Shown: positions 18,793 to 27,817, counted from the stretch's first letter. The stretch: 64,000 nt of DNA from Bryobacteraceae bacterium (GCA_035501755.1 DATJVN010000118.1:2424-66423), one strand, 5' to 3'. Program-made: numbers and translations. Notes: generated from the letters alone by a model not told the origin.

Positions 18793-18948
18793 CAGCGCCA
18801 GCGTGCTCCACGGCGCGAAGGGGCAGATGGAATGATAGCCCAGGTCGTTCATCTTGGCGGCGGAAAACGGAATCAGCGTCAGAAGGGCGATGATCACGAA
18901 GGTGATCGCGACTCCAAACAGGGCGTTGGCGGCTTGATCTCTGGACAT
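18736..18948 (-). CDS. Small two-TM membrane protein (hypothetical)
   Basis: 70 aa with two hydrophobic segments (FGVAITFVIIALLTLIPF, WSTLALLFVALVAWMV). No family recognised. Confidence 0.35.
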   Translation of the reverse strand: MSRDQAANALFGVAITFVIIALLTLIPFSAAKMNDLGYHSICPFAPWSTLALLFVALVAWMVRGYVLTRA

Positions 18949-18973
18949 TGAGCTCGACCTCTATAATACAAGT

Positions 18974-19213
18974 GTGAAATTCCGCGAGTATCTCCCGCTC
19001 GCACTTGCCGTCCTCGCTCTTCTCGTGGCCATCGCGCAAACCGTGCATCCCTTCGGCTTCCGGGTGCATCCGCTGCTGCTGGTGATCGTCGCCGCGCTCC
19101 TGCTGTTGCGGCACCTGATGCGGCGCCAGCACCAGAATCGCGAAGAGCTGCTGAAATCCATCCCGCGCCAGCCGCTGGGCCTCGAAGAGCACGATCATCG
19201 GACCAGCGAGTAG
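18974..19213 (+). CDS. Small two-TM membrane protein with charged tail (hypothetical)
   Basis: 79 aa with GTG start. Hydrophobic segments LPLALAVLALLVAIA and LLLVIVAALLLL followed by a basic/acidic tail. Confidence 0.35.
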   Translation: MKFREYLPLALAVLALLVAIAQTVHPFGFRVHPLLLVIVAALLLLRHLMRRQHQNREELLKSIPRQPLGLEEHDHRTSE

Positions 19214-19818
19214 CCCGCATAAATCACGCCGTTGTCGAGGCCGGGGTTGAAATCGGTGGTTCCGGCGTTGGAAATGTGCACAAACTTGTATCCCAGGGTG
19301 ATTTTTTTGAAACGCACGCCCGCGCCGAGGATCACCAGGAAATTCAAACCCGTGGCGTCGATCTGGTTTTCCGGAACCGGCTCGGTGGAGGCGATCAGTC
19401 CCAGGCCGAAATCGAGAAACGGATGCAGCCTGCGTCGCCGCGCGAACTCGAAGCTTCCGCCGAGGGGCGTGATTCCGAATCCGTAGACCGCGTGCGGCGG
19501 CGTTCGGACCTCGATTGACGTCGGGGGCAAACCCGCAATCCCGAAGTAAGAAATCGTCGCCGGCTGCAACACGATCGCCGCCGGCATCGCCCCCGCCGTG
19601 AAGCTCACCGAGACATGCTCGAAATCCCGGCAGCGATAGCTGTAATCGATCCCCGCCAGCACGAAGCGCCGGTTCGAATCGGTTCCGATGAGCGTCGGGG
19701 AATATGGCGAATATCCGGCGAAAAACTGAAAATCGTTGCGCGGTCCTGAAACGGAAGGGCACAATCCCGCTCGCGCGTAGCCGGAAAACAACGCCAACGC
19801 GACCATCGCCCGACGCAT
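19195..19818 (-). CDS. Acyloxyacyl hydrolase / lipid A 3-O-deacylase (PagL-like) outer-membrane protein
   Basis: Signal peptide, beta-barrel pattern, and the PagL-type catalytic motif FVHISNAG (His-x-Ser) near the C-terminus. Confidence 0.7.
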   Translation of the reverse strand: MRRAMVALALFSGYARAGLCPSVSGPRNDFQFFAGYSPYSPTLIGTDSNRRFVLAGIDYSYRCRDFEHVSVSFTAGAMPAAIVLQPATISYFGIAGLPPTSIEVRTPPHAVYGFGITPLGGSFEFARRRRLHPFLDFGLGLIASTEPVPENQIDATGLNFLVILGAGVRFKKITLGYKFVHISNAGTTDFNPGLDNGVIYAGYSLVR

Positions 19819-19914
19819 CGATTCCAGTGTACGATTTGTGTGAAAGAGGATCCGCGCGCGCGCAGCGACCGCCTTTGAAATGCTCTACAATTAACTCTCG
19901 GGGAATCAGGCTGA

Positions 19915-21657
19915 GTGGGCGCGAACGCGGGTGAGCGGATACGTTTCGGAGATTTCGAGTTCGATCCGCAGGCTACCAGGCTCTTCCGCGATGGCCGGCG
20001 CGCCGCCATTCAGCCGCAGCCCTTGCGGGTTCTCGCGCTACTCCTCGAGCGTCCCGGGGAAATCATTTCCCGTGAAGAACTGCGCGAGCGGATCTGGGGC
20101 AGCTCGGCATTCGTGGAATTCGACCTTGGCCTCAACTACTGCATTCGTCAAATCCGCGTAGCGCTGCGCGACGACGCCGCGAAGCCAGCGTATATCGAAA
20201 CGCTGCCGCGCCAAGGCTATCGCTTCATCGGCGCGGTCTCGGCCAAGGGTCGGCCGCCCTCGCCGGCTCGGGCAGAATTGCCTCTCAGGCCGCCGAAGAG
20301 TTGTCCGTCGATTGCCGTGCTGCCTTTTACGAACCTCAGCCCGAAGGACGAGCAACAGTACTTCGGGGATGGCTTGGCCGAGGAGATTATCACTGCGCTG
20401 GCGAAACTGCCGGAATTGCTGGTGGCCGGCCGGACGTCTTCTTTCTTTTTCCGTGACAAGGATGCGGACCTGAACGACATCGCCAGACACCTCAACGTCG
20501 AATACATTCTTGAAGGAAGCATTCGCCGCGAAGGAAATCGGACACGCGTCACCGCGCAGCTCATTAAGGCTGCGGATGGATTCCATGTGTGGTCGGAGCG
20601 TTACGACCGGCGGATCACGGACATTTTCGCGATTCAGGATGAAATCACCGGCGCGATTACCGAGGCCCTCCGGCTTAAGCTTTCGTTGACGCCGTCGCGG
20701 CCGCGCCGCCGCGTGCCGAACTTGCGTGCGTATGAGGCGTTTCTCGAGGGCCGGCACCACCTGCTGGTTGACTCAAGGCCCGAATCACTCGAACGGGGAA
20801 AGGCTTTGCTGGAGCGTGCGGTGAAATTGGATCCAACATTGGCGCTTGCCTACAGCGTTCTGGGAGTTTACTACACGCGGCAGGCGGGCGCAGGTGCGAT
20901 TCCCGCGCGCGAAGCTCTGGCTCTGGCGCGCAAGGCCGAGCAGGCGGCCCTGCGCCTGGACGAATCGCTGCCCGAAGCACACGGGATGATGGCGGCGTGC
21001 GCCGGCATGGACTACAACTGGTCCGAGGCGGAACGGCATTGGCGTCTGGCGCTGGAACGCGAACCCTTGCCGCCAGACGTGCTTTTCTGGTACGGAAACC
21101 ACTACCTGCTGCCGATTGGACGCGCAAGCGATGCCGTCGAAGTGGAAACCAAGGTTCTGGAGGCCGATACCATGAACCTGCTGTACCGCCGGCTGTACGC
21201 CATGGCGCTCCAACACGCTGGATCCTGGGCCGAAGCGGAAGAGGAACTGCGGCAGATTCTGGAAGTCGACGAGAACTCGCCGACCCTGAGCATGCTCGGC
21301 CTGATCTGCGCCCGGACGGGGCGGTTCGAAGAAGCCCTGGCCATGACGGAACGGGCCTATGCCCTGCTGCCGCGATCGAATCCGCTGGCCGGACAACTGG
21401 CCGCGCTGCTGTCTCGCGGTTGTGATGAAAACCGTGCCTCCGCGCTGATCGATCATCTCAGGTCGGGGGAAGCGCCTGGGGCTTCCGTCGGCCTGGCGGT
21501 GTTTCACGCGATGCGCGGCGAGTTCGACCAGTCGGCGCTATGGACAGAGCGGGCGATCGAGGAGCGCTTCCCGCTCTTAATTGCGAATGTCGGTCCGCTG
21601 ATCCGAACGGCGCCGCAGTGGCCCGCGTTGGCGAAGCGCATGCATCTGCCGAGGTGA
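19915..21657 (+). CDS. CadC/OmpR-type winged-helix transcriptional regulator with TolB-like and TPR regions
   Basis: N-terminal FGDFEFDPQATRLFRDGRRAAIQPQPLRVLALLLERPGEIISREELRERIW...ETLPRQGYRF (trans_reg_C), followed by SIAVLPFTNLS (TolB-like) and TPR-like helical repeats. GTG start. Confidence 0.75.
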   Translation: MGANAGERIRFGDFEFDPQATRLFRDGRRAAIQPQPLRVLALLLERPGEIISREELRERIWGSSAFVEFDLGLNYCIRQIRVALRDDAAKPAYIETLPRQGYRFIGAVSAKGRPPSPARAELPLRPPKSCPSIAVLPFTNLSPKDEQQYFGDGLAEEIITALAKLPELLVAGRTSSFFFRDKDADLNDIARHLNVEYILEGSIRREGNRTRVTAQLIKAADGFHVWSERYDRRITDIFAIQDEITGAITEALRLKLSLTPSRPRRRVPNLRAYEAFLEGRHHLLVDSRPESLERGKALLERAVKLDPTLALAYSVLGVYYTRQAGAGAIPAREALALARKAEQAALRLDESLPEAHGMMAACAGMDYNWSEAERHWRLALEREPLPPDVLFWYGNHYLLPIGRASDAVEVETKVLEADTMNLLYRRLYAMALQHAGSWAEAEEELRQILEVDENSPTLSMLGLICARTGRFEEALAMTERAYALLPRSNPLAGQLAALLSRGCDENRASALIDHLRSGEAPGASVGLAVFHAMRGEFDQSALWTERAIEERFPLLIANVGPLIRTAPQWPALAKRMHLPR

Positions 21658-21705
21658 TGGATCCGGTGTGGAGCTTCGGCGTGGATCGGCCGGCACGATG
21701 CCTCG

Positions 21706-23028
21706 TTAGTTGTGCCCTTTCCCGGGCGTCAGCCCCGATCCCGCCGGACCGGGCAGGGATGCAGTCGTGGTCACGAACGGTCCCACCACCGAGGAGCATC
21801 CCATGGCTCCCGGACCTCCCGGGCATCCCCAGAAATTCACGGTCGCATTGATCACGCCGGTGCCCAGGTTCACCACTCCGGCGGTTTGCACGTCCAAATC
21901 ATTCATGTGCATCTCGATCGCTCCCACGGCGTGCATGTCGACACCGTCCGCTTCATCGGTGATCGTGTTTCCGGCGATCATCGTCCCCCACACGTCAGCG
22001 ACGGAGTAGATGTTGATTCCGGTGGTGCCCGGCGTCGCCGCGTCGGCCGTATCCGCGCCGTTCCCCGAGATCGTGTTGCCGATGATCATGGTGTCGTTGA
22101 GATTGACGCCTGGCGCTCCGGCTGGAGCGGCGTGATTATGGATGCTGACCCCGGGATGCCCGTTGTTGCGCAAAATGTTTCCGATCACGCGATTCGCGAA
22201 GTTCTGATTTCCCGGGCCGGGCGCGAAAATGCCCACGCCGGCGCCCCCGCCGGGCAAACTTCCTCCGTTATTGGAAGAATTGTTGTTGGCGACGGTGTTG
22301 TTGAAAACCCCATAGGGGAGTTTGGACGCCGCTTGCGGAGAGGGCGGGTGCGAAGCGAGCGTAATCCCGCAATCGTAAGGATTGTCATGCACGCTATTGC
22401 CCGTGATCATGTTGTTGTAGGTCTGGCCGGTTTCATCGCTCAACAGAATGCCACCCGAGTTGAGATCCACCGTGTTTCCCGCGACAGTCGCGTGGTCCAC
22501 TCCCATCAGATGAATTCCTTCACCGCAATCCTCGCTCTCGCTGGTTTCAAAAAGCGGCAGACCAGGGCAAGCGGCGCCGGTGACGTTCAAGCTTTGATTG
22601 TTGCCAGTCACATGATTTGCGGAGATCGTTAAATACGAAGCGTTGGTGACCAGAATCCCTTCGAAATTCGCGTTCATGATGGTCAGGCCGGTAATCAGCC
22701 CGCCCAGCAGCCCGGGATTATCCAGCCCGTCGACGTAAATGCCGTTCGGCTGGCCTTTCGCGTTGATGATGGTCGCGTCGGCTCCTGCGCCCACCAGGGA
22801 CAGCGGCTTGGTCACCACGACGCCTTCGGTGTACGAACCCGGTCCGATATTGATCGTGTCGCCAGCGTTGGCGGCGGACACCGCGGCGCCGATGGTCGCG
22901 GAGCACCCCGAACTGCCGCCCGGATTTACGCACAATGTCGCGGCAATCGCGGGAACTGACAGAACCATGACTCCCAACATCGGGACAAGAGTTGAGGTGA
23001 GAAATGACGTCCTTCGCGTGTCACGCAT
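21706..23028 (-). CDS. Secreted right-handed parallel beta-helix repeat protein (NosD/pectate-lyase-fold like)
   Basis: Start at MRDTRRTSFLTSTLVPMLGVMVLSVPAIA (signal peptide). Repeated I.GN.I..N / G-rich beta-helix rungs throughout. ATGCGTGA overlap with the upstream small ORF. Confidence 0.8.
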   Translation of the reverse strand: MRDTRRTSFLTSTLVPMLGVMVLSVPAIAATLCVNPGGSSGCSATIGAAVSAANAGDTINIGPGSYTEGVVVTKPLSLVGAGADATIINAKGQPNGIYVDGLDNPGLLGGLITGLTIMNANFEGILVTNASYLTISANHVTGNNQSLNVTGAACPGLPLFETSESEDCGEGIHLMGVDHATVAGNTVDLNSGGILLSDETGQTYNNMITGNSVHDNPYDCGITLASHPPSPQAASKLPYGVFNNTVANNNSSNNGGSLPGGGAGVGIFAPGPGNQNFANRVIGNILRNNGHPGVSIHNHAAPAGAPGVNLNDTMIIGNTISGNGADTADAATPGTTGINIYSVADVWGTMIAGNTITDEADGVDMHAVGAIEMHMNDLDVQTAGVVNLGTGVINATVNFWGCPGGPGAMGCSSVVGPFVTTTASLPGPAGSGLTPGKGHN

Positions 23029-23290
23029 CGAGATTTTCCTTTCGATTATGAAGTGATGACCAGATTCTGACTTCCGGGACTCCACAGGCAGTCGACGGGT
23101 TCGGGATAAGGCCCCCCGGTTCGGCCTGAAGGCAGGGTTGTGTAACCGGTGTGCAAAACAACACGATGTGCTGCGAGACCAGCGTGGAAGCCGGACCCGC
23201 CACCGCGACTGCGTGTGCTGTCGACGGCGTCACCAGTGTGGGGGCAAGTAAAGCGGCGCTCAAAGGAATCACGCTCTTGCGAAGCCTCAT
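23021..23290 (-). CDS. Small secreted Cys-containing protein (hypothetical, 89 aa)
   Basis: MRLRKSVIPLSAALLAPTLVTPSTAHA signal peptide, with a roughly 62-aa mature part containing 3 Cys. Its TGA overlaps the ATG of the beta-helix gene by 8 nt (ATGCGTGA), which argues for real translation. Confidence 0.45.
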   Translation of the reverse strand: MRLRKSVIPLSAALLAPTLVTPSTAHAVAVAGPASTLVSQHIVLFCTPVTQPCLQAEPGGLIPNPSTACGVPEVRIWSSLHNRKENLDA

Positions 23291-23419
23291 TGGAACTCTC
23301 TCAAACTCGATAGTGTGCCATCGAATGCTGAAGTTCCACCTGAGCATCGCCTGAATTTCTCCTCATGTCGTATGAGGAGCGCGTGTGGGCCACGCTTGAC
23401 GCCGATGGGTCAACAGTCG

Positions 23420-23443
23420 GCATGCATCGGCGTGCATCCGCGG
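23420..23443. repeat. REP-like repeat fragment (variant arm)
   Basis: GCATGCATCGGCGTGCATCCGCGG. The 13-mer CGTGCATCCGCGG is identical to 52842-52854. Lies just downstream of the radical SAM stop. Confidence 0.4.
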
Positions 23444-23463
23444 GTATTTTTCATCAGCCGGGG

Positions 23464-24657
23464 CTACGGCTCCTTCACGCAGCAGCCGTGGCACGCCGTC
23501 CCGCTCGCGCACCCGGCATGTTCTCCGGCGTGCCGGTGCGCCCGCCGGTTGTGGACCTGATCGGTGTGCGGCTGATAGTCACAGAACGGATCTTCTTCGA
23601 GCGCGTCGCCCGTCGCGGCGAACGCCCGCGCGCGCGACCCTCCACAGATGGCGTGATATTCGCAGTACCCGCAACGTCCTTTGAACTGCGTGGGATCGTG
23701 CAGCATGCGGAAGATCTCCGAATCGCGGTACACGTCCGCGAGGCGGTCCGTACGCACGTTGCCCGCCACCAGCGGCAGGAATCCCGCCGGGCAGATGTCG
23801 CCGGTGTTCGATACGAACACGATTCCGTGCCCGTCGCGGATGCCGAAGCTGCGGTATGCGCCGCTGCGCTTGATTTGCTCGCCGGTCATCCCCTCGCTGC
23901 GCATCTTTTCGAGCGCGTAGCGGCGATAATGCGGCGCTTCGGTCGTCGCCACGATGAACGGAGCCACGCGCGCCGTTTCATACACCCAGCGCATCAGTTC
24001 GCGCGTCTGCGCGTCGTGCATGGGTTCGAGCACTTTTCCACGTCCCACCGAGATCAGGAAGAACAGGCTCCAGCGCGCGATGTCGTATTGCTTGAGCAGC
24101 TCGTAAATCGCGGGAGCGTCCTCTGCCGTCTCGGCCGATGCGAGCGTGTTCACCTGCACCGGGATCTCCAACTCCTTTGCCCATTGCAACGCGAGCATGG
24201 TGCGCGCGAACGTTCCCGGCACGCCGCGAATCGAATCGTGCCGCTCCGGGGTCGAGCCGTCCAGGCTCAAGCCCAGCGCGTCCACGCCGTGCGCTCTCAG
24301 CCGCATCAGCACTTCTTTGTTCAGCATCGCCGTTGCGGCCGGCGTGATCGACACCCCGATCCCCAGCCGCTGCGCTTCCTCGATCAACAAATACAAATCC
24401 GGACGATTCAACGGATCGCCCCCGGTGAGGATCAATTGCGGATAGGGCTCGCCGAACTCGGGAATCTGGTTCAAAAACGCGACGCTTTCCTGGAAAGTCA
24501 GCTCGTTGGGGTGCGGATTGGGCATCGCCGTGGCGCGGCAGTGCCGGCAGGCGAGCGCGCAGGATTGGGTCATTTCCCAATAAATGTTGAGAGGCGTCTG
24601 CGCGTAATCGCGCGGCACGCGATGCGAAGTACCTGCGATGTGAGTGAGTTGCGGCAT
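23464..24657 (-). CDS. Radical SAM/SPASM domain protein (function unknown)
   Basis: CALACRHC (CxxxCxxC) cluster after WEMTQS. GGDPL, SLDG, and a C-terminal SPASM-type Cys cluster (CPAG...GRCGYCEYHAICGGSRARA). Start at Met19 of the track ORF (24711 also possible). Unusual His/Cys-rich C-terminal tail. Confidence 0.85.
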   Translation of the reverse strand: MPQLTHIAGTSHRVPRDYAQTPLNIYWEMTQSCALACRHCRATAMPNPHPNELTFQESVAFLNQIPEFGEPYPQLILTGGDPLNRPDLYLLIEEAQRLGIGVSITPAATAMLNKEVLMRLRAHGVDALGLSLDGSTPERHDSIRGVPGTFARTMLALQWAKELEIPVQVNTLASAETAEDAPAIYELLKQYDIARWSLFFLISVGRGKVLEPMHDAQTRELMRWVYETARVAPFIVATTEAPHYRRYALEKMRSEGMTGEQIKRSGAYRSFGIRDGHGIVFVSNTGDICPAGFLPLVAGNVRTDRLADVYRDSEIFRMLHDPTQFKGRCGYCEYHAICGGSRARAFAATGDALEEDPFCDYQPHTDQVHNRRAHRHAGEHAGCASGTACHGCCVKEP

Positions 24658-24719
24658 GACGCCCGGGAATAATGCAGATGGATGGCCAGGCCGGATCCGG
24701 TCTGCTAGCATCGGGAATC

Positions 24720-25694
24720 ATGCGGGTGTTCGTGTTTCTGGCGGTGGCGGCGCTGGCGCAGTGCCGACAGCTTGAAATTTTCTTCATCGATACCGAAGGC
24801 GGTCAGGCGACGCTGATCGTTTCGCCTTCCGGCCAGTCCCTGCTGATCGGCGCCGGCTGGACCGATTTCAGCGGACGCGACGCGGATCGCATCGCCGACG
24901 CAGCCAAACGCGCGCACGTCAAGAAAATCGACGCGGTGTTGATCACCGATCATCATCGCGAAAACGAGGGCGGCGTCCCCAACCTGCTGGAACGCTTCAC
25001 GGTCGGCACGTTTTACGATCCTGGACCGAGCGTCGAGACCGCGCATGACCACCAGCGCACCTACAAGGCTTATGAGGAGGCGATGGCGAAGCAGCATCGC
25101 GAGGTGGTCAAGCCGGGCGACAAAATTCCCATCAAGGGCATTGAGGTGACCGTGGTGGTCGCAGGCGGCGCGCACATCGCGGACGGCGGTGAGCCTAATC
25201 CGTTCTGCGCGGGAATCGAGCCGCGCGCCGGGGAAAACGCCGAGGAGGCCAGATCGGCCGGGGTGGTGGTCGAATACGGCAGATTCCGCTTCGCCGATCT
25301 GGGCGATCTCACCTGGAACAAGGAGCTGGCATTGCTGTGCCCGCAGAACCGGATCGGCCGCGTCGATCTGTACCTGGCTTCGCGCCACGGCGGGGTGACA
25401 TCCAAGGCGATTTACGGGCTGGCGCCGCGCGTGGTGATCCTCGACAACGGCCCGCGCACCGGCGCCGATCCGGAAGCCTGGAAAACGCTCAACGCTTCGC
25501 CGCGGCTGGACGATTTGTGGCAGCTCCACTTCGCGCTCGCGGGCGAAAAGGAGACCAACGCTTCCGATACGCTGATCGCCAATCTTGACGAGCATTGCGC
25601 GGGCGTATCGTTGAACGTTTCAGCCCAGGAGAACGGGTCCTTCACGGTATTCAACCCGCGAAACAAGTTTTCCAAAAGCTATAACGCTCAATAG
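24720..25694 (+). CDS. Secreted MBL-fold (ComEC C-terminal-like) hydrolase, non-canonical metal motif
   Basis: Signal peptide MRVFVFLAVAALAQC. FFIDTEGGQATLI ... IDAVLITDHHRENEGG resembles the beta-lactamase-fold HxHxDH region but is degenerate. Confidence 0.65.
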   Translation: MRVFVFLAVAALAQCRQLEIFFIDTEGGQATLIVSPSGQSLLIGAGWTDFSGRDADRIADAAKRAHVKKIDAVLITDHHRENEGGVPNLLERFTVGTFYDPGPSVETAHDHQRTYKAYEEAMAKQHREVVKPGDKIPIKGIEVTVVVAGGAHIADGGEPNPFCAGIEPRAGENAEEARSAGVVVEYGRFRFADLGDLTWNKELALLCPQNRIGRVDLYLASRHGGVTSKAIYGLAPRVVILDNGPRTGADPEAWKTLNASPRLDDLWQLHFALAGEKETNASDTLIANLDEHCAGVSLNVSAQENGSFTVFNPRNKFSKSYNAQ

Positions 25695-25736
25695 GTTACC
25701 TTTTGGCGCGACAATACGTCTAGATTTCACACCCCT

Positions 25737-27107
25737 ATGCGTTCACTCATCCTGGCTGCTTTGTTTGCGGCGGTAAACGCCACGGCGCAGTATAAAGCCG
25801 TTAATCCGCAGGTTTCGAAGATCGTTTCCGAGGTTTCCCAGGACCGGATCACCGAGACGCTCAAGAAGCTCGAAAGCTTCGGAACGCGCAACATCTATTC
25901 GTCGCAGGACGACCCGAACCGAGGCATCGGCGCGGCGCGGAAATGGATCTACGAGCAGTTCCGCAGCTACAGCCCGCGCCTGGAGGTCAGCTACGATCAG
26001 TATCGGCTCAAGAAGGATACCTCGCGCGGATCGCGCATTCCGGAGGACGTCGATCTGTACAACGTGGTCGCGGTGCTGCCCGGCACCACGAATAAGGAAG
26101 AGCGGGTGCTGATCAGCGGGCACTACGACTCGATCAATCTGGGCCGGCCGGCGGGATCGCCTCCGCCCGAACCCGGCGCCCCGCCCGTTCCGCGCGATCC
26201 CAATGTCGACGCGCCCGGAGTGACCGACGACGGGAGCGGGGTGGCATGCGTGATGGAGCTCGCGCGCGTGATGAGTCAGTATCAGTTCGAAAAAACGCTG
26301 GTGTTCATCGCCTTCGCCGGTGAAGAAGAAGGTCTGCTCGGCTCCACGCTGTACGCGGAGAAAGCCCGGTCGCTCGATCAGAAAATCGAGGCGGTGCTGA
26401 ACAACGATATTATCGGCAGCGACGTGGGCGGCGACGGCCGCACCGAAAACCGCCGCGTGAACATTTTCAGCGAAGATCCCATCGATTCGCCCTCCCGCGA
26501 AATCGCCCGCTACGCGCGCGAAATCTCCGAGCGCTATTTTCCGGCGATGACCGTCGATCCGGTGTTTCGCGCGGACCGCTTCGGCCGCGGCGGCGATCAC
26601 ACACCCTTCAACCTGGAGGGTTTCGCCGCAGTACGCATTTCGACGCCGGTGGAGAATTTCGCCAACCAGCATTCGCTGACTGACACGTTCGCCAATACAT
26701 CGCCGGGTTACATCGCCGAGGTGACGAAAGTGAACGGAGCGGTGGCGGCCTCGCTCGCCTGGGCGCCCAAAGCGCCGCTGACCACAGAAATGGTGGAGCG
26801 CAACGGCCGCAAAGTTCCCACCCTGATGCTGACGCGCGGCAAGAGCCGCTACGACGCGGCGCTCAAATGGAAACAGGAGAATCCGGAGCCGGACCTGGCC
26901 GGCTACGTGATCATGATGCGCCGCACCACCTCTCCTTTTTGGGAGCGCGAAATCTACGTGGGCAATGTCGACCAGTACACGCTGCCGGATGTTTCCATCG
27001 ACGAGGTGGTGTTCGGCGTGAAGGCCGTCGACAAGGACGGCAACGAGAGCCTCACCGCGCCCTATGTCCAGCCCCCACGGCAGAAGCGCAAGCTCGAGAC
27101 GTATTAA
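25737..27107 (+). CDS. M28 family metallo-aminopeptidase with C-terminal Fn3-like domain
   Basis: Signal peptide. M28 metal-ligand blocks LISGHYDS, GVTDDGSGVA, FAGEEEGLLGS, and GGDHTPF. Confidence 0.85.
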   Translation: MRSLILAALFAAVNATAQYKAVNPQVSKIVSEVSQDRITETLKKLESFGTRNIYSSQDDPNRGIGAARKWIYEQFRSYSPRLEVSYDQYRLKKDTSRGSRIPEDVDLYNVVAVLPGTTNKEERVLISGHYDSINLGRPAGSPPPEPGAPPVPRDPNVDAPGVTDDGSGVACVMELARVMSQYQFEKTLVFIAFAGEEEGLLGSTLYAEKARSLDQKIEAVLNNDIIGSDVGGDGRTENRRVNIFSEDPIDSPSREIARYAREISERYFPAMTVDPVFRADRFGRGGDHTPFNLEGFAAVRISTPVENFANQHSLTDTFANTSPGYIAEVTKVNGAVAASLAWAPKAPLTTEMVERNGRKVPTLMLTRGKSRYDAALKWKQENPEPDLAGYVIMMRRTTSPFWEREIYVGNVDQYTLPDVSIDEVVFGVKAVDKDGNESLTAPYVQPPRQKRKLETY

Positions 27108-27149
27108 CCCTCGCCTTATCGCTGTATCTAAAACATTTCATTCATAAAT

Positions 27150-27183
27150 TGTCATTTGACAGGCGTGCTGTTTCGGGCATAAT
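27150..27183 (+). promoter_or_regulatory. Candidate sigma-70 promoter with overlapping palindromic operator upstream of imuA
   Basis: TTGACA (27156-27161), a 16-nt spacer, then CATAAT (27178-27183). Palindrome TGTCA-TT-TGACA (27150-27161) overlaps the -35. ATG of imuA is at 27211. Confidence 0.5.
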
Positions 27184-27210
27184 CTGAAGGCGAAGAAAAG
27201 GCGTAAGTAG

Positions 27211-27813
27211 ATGTTTGCCCCCGCGCTCGGCTGGCGCACCGATCTCGAACCGGAAACCCTCCCGGCGGCCATCGACTGCCCGCGCGGACGGATCACCGAA
27301 GTCCTCGGCGCGCGATCGAGCGGGCGAACCACGGTCCTGCATTCGGTTCTGGCCGCATCCACGGGACGGGGCGAGTTCGCGGTCCTGATCGATACCAACG
27401 ACGGGTTCGACCCGTGCTCGGCCGCGGCGGCGGGGGTGAAGCTCGAAAAATTGATCTGGATCCGCTGCTCGGGCAATGTCGAGCACGCCATGCGCGCGGC
27501 GGACATGATGATTCACGCGGGCGGATTCGGGGTGGTCGCGGTGGATCTGGCCGAGGCCGCCGATTCGGGGCTGCGGCGCATTCCGGCGACCACGTGGTTC
27601 CGCTGGCGGCGCGCGGTGGAATCTTCGAAGACGGTACTGCTGGTGGTCGCGCGCGCGCCGCTGGCGAAATCCTGCTCGGCTCTGATCGTGGAACTGTGCA
27701 GAAAGCGGGCGATTTTTTCCGGCAACCTGCTGCGCGCGGCCGAATACGAAATCGCGCGGCGGAAGCCGGTGGGAAAAGATCTCGGAGAGCTGCGTTGCGC
27801 AGCCACAGGCTAA
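27211..27813 (+). CDS. imuA: ImuA (RecA-fold, SulA-like) translesion mutagenesis protein
   Basis: GRITEVLGARSSGRTTVLHSVLAAST...AVLIDTNDGFDPCSAAAAGVKLEKLIWIRC pattern, and position as the first gene of an imuA-imuB-dnaE2 cassette. Confidence 0.8.
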   Translation: MFAPALGWRTDLEPETLPAAIDCPRGRITEVLGARSSGRTTVLHSVLAASTGRGEFAVLIDTNDGFDPCSAAAAGVKLEKLIWIRCSGNVEHAMRAADMMIHAGGFGVVAVDLAEAADSGLRRIPATTWFRWRRAVESSKTVLLVVARAPLAKSCSALIVELCRKRAIFSGNLLRAAEYEIARRKPVGKDLGELRCAATG

Positions 27814-27817
27814 TGGC

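Noticed and set aside
23365-24672. 435-aa plus-strand ORF
   Set aside because: It is antisense to the radical SAM/SPASM gene, which has CxxxCxxC and SPASM motifs on the minus strand. Its N-terminus translates the REP fragment.
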